Source: Candidatus Bathyarchaeota archaeon (GTDB lineage: Archaea; Thermoproteota; Bathyarchaeia; TCS64). Taken from it: 64,000 nt of DNA. The notes under the pieces were generated by a model that was not told the DNA's origin, did no database searches, and saw only the letters and a list, made by a program, of their open reading frames with translations. The position numbers and the translations under genes were made by a program. How positions within the stretch are numbered: the stretch's first letter is position 1; each line of letters begins with the position of its first letter. The stretch spans positions 704,001-768,000 of the forward strand of contig CAVYVF010000023.1 of assembly GCA_963771885.1 (NCBI GenBank), read 5' to 3'. Shown here in pieces: positions 58,122 through 64,000 of this stretch.

Positions 58122-59471
58122 TTATGGCCCGATGGGCGTGTAGCCCAGGACATCCGGTTTGAAGACCGTGATCTGTGAGTCAGGGTCGTACTGCGCCATT
58201 ATGATGCTGACTGAAGCCTTCTCGGGGTTCGGACTACCAACGTTGGTACCAGGGAAGAAGCCCCAGACATCGTATGGAGGAGCGAACCTGTCGCCGAACG
58301 CATCCAGACGAGACCAGCCAGCAACACCGAACGTGTTAAGGCATATCGGAGCCTGCAGGTCGAGGACGTCCTTACCCGCCTGGCTCTGAGCCTGCATTAC
58401 TGAGGTTGCGAGAACCCAGCCGATGTCGTAGACGTACGCAGTGTATGTGCTGAACTGCTGAGCAGTCAGAGCCGTGTACCTTGTCTGAAGGTCGATGAAC
58501 CTCGAAGTCGCATCCTCGCGTGAGAGGAGGCTGTAGATGCCAATGTGGTTAACTTCCTCAGGGGCGTCATCCATACCACGCTGGCTCTTCGCAGTACCGT
58601 CGCTGCCCCACCAGTGGACGTTGTAGATGTTGTCGTATTCCTTAGCCTGCTTGACTATCACGGGGATCTCGTCGAACGAGAGTATCACCACGCCGACCCT
58701 CTGCCTCTCGCCGCCGTTCGCGGTGACCGCAGCGGCCACCGTCGCGTCGGCTAGGGTTAGGTAGTTGGAGAACTCTGTGGACTCAGCCGCGTACCTGATG
58801 ATGTCGCCAGCTACGTTACCGCCCTTCTGCGTCCAGATGGGCGTCAGGAGGTTGACGATGCCGTCTCCCCACGAGTCGCCGCGCTGGAAGATGACGATCG
58901 ACTTGACACCCGCCGCCCACATCACGTTAGCGAGCGCGGGAGCTAGGGCTGTATCGGCTGTGCACATGCGATACAGGTAGTCGTCGGCGATTGCGAGCGT
59001 CGGGGATGTGGAGGAGCTGCTCCACATGAGAATTTCGTTTGCGTTGCAGTAGCTGAGGGCTGCCTGCGCCTGGCTTGACCAGCCGCCACCCTCGAAGATG
59101 GTGACGCCGGAGGACTTGAAGCCCTGGACCTTTTCGAGGTGGACCTGGGCCTGACCTGTGGCGTCGTCGATGAGGTACTCGAACGTTACGTCATAACCTA
59201 TGAGGTCTGCGTATTCGTTGAGTCCTGGGGCGACGATCTGCTCGTGATATGGCTTGCCAGTCTCTAGGCCGGTTGTTGACGATGCGATGTATCCAAATTT
59301 GACCGTTGCACCCTTTAGGGGAGCCTCCTTTACAGTCGTGCCGCTTCCGGTGACCGTAACGGTTACGGATCCTCCTGGGGTCTGGGGTGCGGCGAAGTAA
59401 CCGATGCCTCCGCCTACGATCAATCCTGCGACCAATAGCACTATTGCTAGTGTCATTCCTTTATCTGCCAA
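58122..59471 (-). CDS. ABC transporter substrate-binding protein, Leu/Ile/Val-binding (type I) fold
   Basis: N-terminal TM anchor, Thr/Gly linker, SSSTSPTLA, YLYRM, DSWGDG, YVYD. Confidence 0.88.
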   Translation of the reverse strand: MADKGMTLAIVLLVAGLIVGGGIGYFAAPQTPGGSVTVTVTGSGTTVKEAPLKGATVKFGYIASSTTGLETGKPYHEQIVAPGLNEYADLIGYDVTFEYLIDDATGQAQVHLEKVQGFKSSGVTIFEGGGWSSQAQAALSYCNANEILMWSSSSTSPTLAIADDYLYRMCTADTALAPALANVMWAAGVKSIVIFQRGDSWGDGIVNLLTPIWTQKGGNVAGDIIRYAAESTEFSNYLTLADATVAAAVTANGGERQRVGVVILSFDEIPVIVKQAKEYDNIYNVHWWGSDGTAKSQRGMDDAPEEVNHIGIYSLLSREDATSRFIDLQTRYTALTAQQFSTYTAYVYDIGWVLATSVMQAQSQAGKDVLDLQAPICLNTFGVAGWSRLDAFGDRFAPPYDVWGFFPGTNVGSPNPEKASVSIIMAQYDPDSQITVFKPDVLGYTPIGP

Positions 59472-59472
59472 G

Positions 59473-59535
59473 TTTTACACTCCTTGAATTGCAGAATAAC
59501 TGCAATTCGTAAAAATTGTTTTTGCGGATTTAAAA
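59473..59535 (-). promoter_or_regulatory. Promoter and 5'-terminal hairpin leader of the substrate-binding protein gene
   Basis: TTTTAAAT at 59528-35; perfect 9-bp inverted repeat GAATTGCAG/CTGCAATTC at 59486-59508 followed by AAGGAGTGTAAAA. Confidence 0.6.
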
Positions 59536-59933
59536 CTTGGGGGTAATAATACACATTTCTATATATTCCGATCGTCATTTCTAGGTACTAATAATCTAGT
59601 ACCATTGTTTTTTTCTAGGTTTTTTCGAATAATTTTTGGCTATTAGTTAATGTTATCAGAAGGCTGACGCTCCATATTCTGGATATATATACAATATATA
59701 CTGATATAATATTTACTGTAGATACTATTCGTCATCACTGCTTGATGTACTGTGTGGCTGCTTCGAGGAGTATTACTATCGGGGCTGCCTCTGTGTCCTT
59801 TACTCCGATGGTTCAGTCTCTCATTCACTCGGAGTGCCCCGCTTTGGACCTGAGTTGGATTGTATCTCGGGTTTCTGGTTTTCTGACTCATAAAAAACTT
59901 AAACAAGGGTGGGCATTCTCATACTCGATACGT

Positions 59934-60119
59934 ATGCCATCCAAACTCGATAAGGGTAAGAAGGTAGTCATCAGCCTCGACGAGGACATCGTCCGTAGCG
60001 ATGGATCAAGGATCAAGATGCGCGAGTTCGTAAAGGAGATGCTCGCCTATAATCCGATGTTCAAGATCGAGACGAGTCCCAAGGGCGAGACGTGGTACCT
60101 TCGCAAGAAGGAGAAGTAG
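59934..60119 (+). CDS. Small basic hypothetical protein (61 aa)
   Basis: MPSKLDKGKKVVISLDED...WYLRKKEK; host-like codons; CTTAAA box upstream. Confidence 0.6.
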   Translation: MPSKLDKGKKVVISLDEDIVRSDGSRIKMREFVKEMLAYNPMFKIETSPKGETWYLRKKEK

Positions 60120-60206
60120 GCGCCTCAGTCTCCACGCGGTTGGCCCGTCGGATATAGTGGGTCGGTCGCGAAAACTTTTCTAGGGGTGGCATTGTTCAGA
60201 GTGTCG

Positions 60207-60896
60207 ATGAAGCACATCGCCTTCGTCCTCTACCCTGGGTTGACGCTGCTCGACCTAGTTGGGCCGCTTCAGGTGATGAACAGCATGTGTCTGAGGAGGC
60301 CCGAGTACTCGGTTGTCGTCGTTGCGAAGGAGGCGTGTGCCGTCGACGTCGATGTGCCGCTCAAGCTCACCGCCGGTGCCACCTTCAGCGACGTTCCTGA
60401 GCCCGCGGTCGTCGTCGTGCCCGGTGGCGAGGCGCAGACAATCAAGGCGATGGGAGACGACACACTCATCAACTACCTCACGGATGTAGCGCCGAAGGCT
60501 GAGTACGTCTGCTCGGTCTGCACGGGTTCACTCATACTCGGCGCTGCCGGCCTCCTAAACGGCCGCAGGGCGACGACCCACTGGGGATGCTACAAGATAC
60601 TGGAGGCGCTCGGTGCCAAGTACGAGAGGAAGCGCTGGGTGCAGGACGGCAAGTTCATCACCTCCGCCGGCGTCTCAGCGGGCATCGACATGGCCCTCTA
60701 CCTAGTCTCAAAGCTCACCGACGAGTCGACGGCGAGGAACGTGCAGCTCGGCCTCGAGTACGACCCCGAGCCACCCTTCGGCGGAATAGCGTGGGCGAGC
60801 GTCGACAGGGACCGCCTCACTCCCTACTTCAGGGACCTGATCAGGGAGTACCATAAGGACAGGCCGGAACTCGTCTCCAAGTTCAAGGACCTCTGA
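60207..60896 (+). CDS. DJ-1/PfpI family protein (isonitrile hydratase-like)
   Basis: LLDLVGP, VPGG, SVCTGS, ATTHW, AGVSAGID, EYDPEPPF. Confidence 0.92.
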   Translation: MKHIAFVLYPGLTLLDLVGPLQVMNSMCLRRPEYSVVVVAKEACAVDVDVPLKLTAGATFSDVPEPAVVVVPGGEAQTIKAMGDDTLINYLTDVAPKAEYVCSVCTGSLILGAAGLLNGRRATTHWGCYKILEALGAKYERKRWVQDGKFITSAGVSAGIDMALYLVSKLTDESTARNVQLGLEYDPEPPFGGIAWASVDRDRLTPYFRDLIREYHKDRPELVSKFKDL

Positions 60897-60945
60897 CCCT
60901 GCGAATTGGTTAAAGCCAGCCCTCCACTCAACTTAGCCGATTGAG

Positions 60946-61428
60946 TTGGCGATCAGAGCCACCTACCCTCCCGGCGCTGCCCATGAGGCCGCTGAGATTT
61001 GCCTGAGGTGCGGCGTCTGCTGCAACGTTGCGCACAGCTGTCACGTCATGTACGACAGGAAGTACACGCCCACGTACACCTTCGTTTACGACTGCCTCGC
61101 GTCCGAGAAGGGGGCGTCGAACCCGAACATCTGGATGTGCGTGAGCTGCCACAAGTGTGAGGAGACGTGCCCGTACGAAGTCTCCCCTGTGCACTTCATT
61201 GAGGTTCTCAAGGGGCAGGCGCTGAGGGGCGGATGGGTGCACCCGACGATCCGCGCTGAGGTGGCGCAGGTGATCGCCACGGGGTTCGCCTTCCCGGTCT
61301 CTGGGGCGACCGAGAGGCAGAGACAGGCACTCAACCTAAAGCCGCTGCCAACGAAGCCTTTAGGAGACTTGGCGAAGATCGCCGAGAAGACGGGGCTCGC
61401 CGAGAGCCTGAAGGAGGGCTCGCAGTGA
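60946..61428 (+). CDS. hdrC: Heterodisulfide reductase subunit C-like Fe-S protein
   Basis: CLRCGVCC and IWMCVSCHKCEETCP; overlaps hdrB start. Confidence 0.8.
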   Translation: MAIRATYPPGAAHEAAEICLRCGVCCNVAHSCHVMYDRKYTPTYTFVYDCLASEKGASNPNIWMCVSCHKCEETCPYEVSPVHFIEVLKGQALRGGWVHPTIRAEVAQVIATGFAFPVSGATERQRQALNLKPLPTKPLGDLAKIAEKTGLAESLKEGSQ

Positions 61429-62312
61429 GTTACGCCCTTTTCCTCGGCTGCTTCATACCTGTTCGTCTCCCACAGATTGAGGCGGTGGCGCGTGACATAC
61501 TCCCCAGGCTCGGCATCGAGCTGGTTGACGTCGACGGCTTCACCTGCTGCCCCGAGCCAGTCGGCTTCCTTACGGATAGGATGACCGCCCTCTCAATCTC
61601 CGCGAGGAACATAGCGCTCGCTGAGGAGGCCGGTCTGGACATTCTGACTCTCTGCAACGGGTGCACCTATACGCTGAGGGCGGCGAACGCGGTGTTGAAG
61701 ACCGACCCCGTCCTCAGGGCGAGGGTGAACGAGGTCATCGCTGAGACGGGCCACCAGTACAAGGGCACTATCGAGGTGAGGCACTTCGCACAGGTCCTCT
61801 CAAAGCAGGTAGGGGTCGAGGCGATCAAGGCGCAGGTAAAGAAGCCGTTGACGGGTCTTCGAGTCGCGTGCCACCCCGGCTGCCACATAATCAGCCCACC
61901 CGTCGTCATGGATTACGATGACGCCCTCGACCCCCTCGTCCTCGACGGCATGGTCGCGGCGCTAGGCGCGGAGCCCGTTGACTGGGACAAGAAGACGGGT
62001 TGCTGCGGCTGGACGCTCACCAACTATGGCGAGAAGGAGGGGGCGAACAGGCTCCTCGGCGCCAAGCTCGCCGCGATGCACGAGGCGAGGGCGGACTGCA
62101 GCGCTGTCATCTGCCCACAGTGCTTCTATCAGTTAGACACGGGCCAGATGCTCGCCGGAAGGGAGCTGAAGCTCGACTACAAGATCCCCACGATCTACTA
62201 CCTGCAGCTCCTCGCCCTCGCCATGGGGAAGAGCATCGACGAGTCCGGCGTACGGCTACACAGGGTCAAGGACCCCGCGCTGGAGGAAAAGCTCGGGAGG
62301 CTCACGGCATGA
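61425..62312 (+). CDS. hdrB: Heterodisulfide reductase subunit B (CCG domains)
   Basis: FLGC, TCCP, LCNGC, HPGCH, GCCG, CPQCFYQLD. Confidence 0.93.
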   Translation: MSYALFLGCFIPVRLPQIEAVARDILPRLGIELVDVDGFTCCPEPVGFLTDRMTALSISARNIALAEEAGLDILTLCNGCTYTLRAANAVLKTDPVLRARVNEVIAETGHQYKGTIEVRHFAQVLSKQVGVEAIKAQVKKPLTGLRVACHPGCHIISPPVVMDYDDALDPLVLDGMVAALGAEPVDWDKKTGCCGWTLTNYGEKEGANRLLGAKLAAMHEARADCSAVICPQCFYQLDTGQMLAGRELKLDYKIPTIYYLQLLALAMGKSIDESGVRLHRVKDPALEEKLGRLTA

Positions 62313-64000
62313 ATGTGACGACGGTCTGCCCGTACTGCGGCGTCGGCTGCATGCTCTACCTACACGTCAGGGACGGCAAGGTCGTCGGCGTTCTCCCCCA
62401 TCCTAAGGGGCCGGGGGAAGGCCGCCTCTGCATAAAGGGGTGGAGCGCACACGAGTTCATCCACCACCCTGACCGCCTCAGGAAGCCGCTGATACGGGAA
62501 GGCTCAGGGTTCCGTGAGGCGGCTTGGGGTGAGGCGCTCGACCTCGTCGCGTCGAAGATGCTCGAGGCAAAGAGGCTGCATGGGCCGGACTCCGTCGCCT
62601 TCCTCGCCTCCGCCAAGGCGACGAACGAGGAGAACTACTTGATGCAGAAGCTCGCGCGTGCCGCCGTTGGCACAAACAACATCGACCACTGTGCCCGCCT
62701 CTGCCACAGCAGCACCGTCACGGGGATGAGCCGCGCCTTCGGCAGCGGCGCCATGACGAACAGCCAGGAGGACCTGGAGGACGCCGACGCCTTCCTAGTG
62801 ATCGGCTCGAACACGACGGAGCAGCACCCTCTCCTCGCTAGGCGGCTATTGAAGGCCGTGAAGCGCGGCGCCAAGCTTGTGCTCGCCGACCCACGAGACA
62901 TACCCCTCAAGGAGCACGCTGTCCTCCACCTCCGCCACAGGCCTGGGACGGATATCGCCCTCATCAACGCCATGATGAATGTCATCATAGCCGAGGGGCT
63001 TCAGGATGACGCCTTCATCGCGGCGAGGACCGAGGGCTACGAGGCCCTCAGGGAACATGTCGCCAAGTACACTCCCGAGTACGCCGAGGGGATAACCCAG
63101 GTCCCCGCCGACAAGATCAGGGATGCGGCGCGCATCTATGCCTCCGCCGAGAAGGCCGCCATACTCTTCAGCATGGGCATCACCCAGCACATCACTGGCG
63201 TAAACAACGTCCTAAGCACCGCGAACCTCGCCATGCTTACCGGCAACATAGGCAGGCGTGGCACCGGTGTCAACCCGCTGAGGGGGCAGAACAATGTCCA
63301 GGGCGCCTGCGATGTGGGGGCTCTCCCCGACCTCCTCCCCGGCTACCAGCGGGTGGCCGACCCCGAGGCGAGGAAGCGCATCGGCGAAGCGTGGGGCGCA
63401 GCGATGCCTACGGAGCCGGGGCTTACCCTCACCGAGAAGGTCAACGGCGCAGGTGACAAGGTCAGGGTCATGTTCGTCATGGGGGAGAACCCCCTCATGT
63501 CCGACCCCGACACAAACCACGTTAGGAAGCAGTTCGACAAGCTCGACTTCCTCGTCGTCTCCGAGTTATTCATGAGTGAGACGGCGGAGGTTGCAGACGT
63601 GGTGCTCCCCGCGGTAAGCTTCGCGGAGAAGGACGGCACATTCACGGCGACCGACCGACGTGTGCAGCTCCTCCACAAGGCCGTGGAACCCGAGGGGGAC
63701 GCGAAGCCGGACTGGTGGATACTGAGCCAGCTCTCCACGCGCCTTGGCTACCCGATGAGCTACGCCGGACCCTCCGCGATCATGGAGGAGGTCGCATCGG
63801 TCTCCGCCATCTACCGCGGCGTCAGCTACGATCGCCTTGAGGGCGAGGGGCTACGATGGCCTGTCCCCACAAAGGGTCATCCGGGGACTCCTATACTCCA
63901 CGTCGAAAAGTTCAGCAGAGGCCTCGGCAAGTTCCATGTAGTCGAGCACAGGCCCCCCGCCGAGGAGCCCGACGATGAGTACCCTCTTCTGCTGACGACA
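62309..64000 (+). CDS. fdhA: Formate dehydrogenase alpha subunit, Cys-type (runs off the window)
   Basis: Manual translation TVCPYCGVGC, LCIKG, NNIDHCARLCH, MGITQH, LRGQNNVQG, EKDGTFT. Confidence 0.93.
   Translation, partial: MNVTTVCPYCGVGCMLYLHVRDGKVVGVLPHPKGPGEGRLCIKGWSAHEFIHHPDRLRKPLIREGSGFREAAWGEALDLVASKMLEAKRLHGPDSVAFLASAKATNEENYLMQKLARAAVGTNNIDHCARLCHSSTVTGMSRAFGSGAMTNSQEDLEDADAFLVIGSNTTEQHPLLARRLLKAVKRGAKLVLADPRDIPLKEHAVLHLRHRPGTDIALINAMMNVIIAEGLQDDAFIAARTEGYEALREHVAKYTPEYAEGITQVPADKIRDAARIYASAEKAAILFSMGITQHITGVNNVLSTANLAMLTGNIGRRGTGVNPLRGQNNVQGACDVGALPDLLPGYQRVADPEARKRIGEAWGAAMPTEPGLTLTEKVNGAGDKVRVMFVMGENPLMSDPDTNHVRKQFDKLDFLVVSELFMSETAEVADVVLPAVSFAEKDGTFTATDRRVQLLHKAVEPEGDAKPDWWILSQLSTRLGYPMSYAGPSAIMEEVASVSAIYRGVSYDRLEGEGLRWPVPTKGHPGTPILHVEKFSRGLGKFHVVEHRPPAEEPDDEYPLLLTT

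Noticed and set aside
62309..62720. Selenocysteine in FdhA
   Set aside because: The active site reads DHCARLCH with TGC (Cys); no in-frame TGA there
1409..63738. Numerous long antisense or shifted-frame ORFs in the supplied track (e.g. 1695-2615, 17182-18036, 26437-27330)
   Set aside because: Shadows of well-supported genes, expected from GC-rich codon bias
1..64000. CRISPR array, rRNA, transposase, integrase or prophage
   Set aside because: No regularly spaced repeats or hallmark genes seen

Overview
GC-rich archaeal chromosomal segment. EF-1alpha, Spt5, P0-type L10, DGGGP synthase, archaeal ProRS and Trm1 establish it as archaeal; a TACK/Bathyarchaeia-like placement is inferred from gene content only. 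It contains: ftsY-secE-spt5-L11-L1-L10; a ten-gene shikimate/Phe/Tyr operon (aroF-B-D-E-K-A-C, chorismate mutase, pheA, tyrA); a split FtsX-type ABC system; a rearranged S12/S7/EF-1alpha/S10 cluster; proS, lhr, rlmE, trm1, purD, scpB, galM-galK; tRNA-Ala(UGC); an orphan ABC substrate-binding protein; and hdrC-hdrB-fdhA running off the right edge. No CRISPR array, rRNA, transposase or integrase was seen. The three most interesting signals are (1) an attenuator-like leader before the aromatic operon, with an SD-led 7-codon Phe-containing uORF and mutually exclusive helices gating the aroF ribosome-binding site, (2) a free-standing, promoter- and terminator-bounded ~155-nt structured RNA of unrecognised family at 57888-58042, and (3) a three-gene operon whose IadA-like, amidinotransferase-like and nuclease-fold products all have rewritten active sites. 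Three genes carry apparent single-base insertions that may be assembly errors. All calls come from reading motifs by eye; no searches or folding programs were run.
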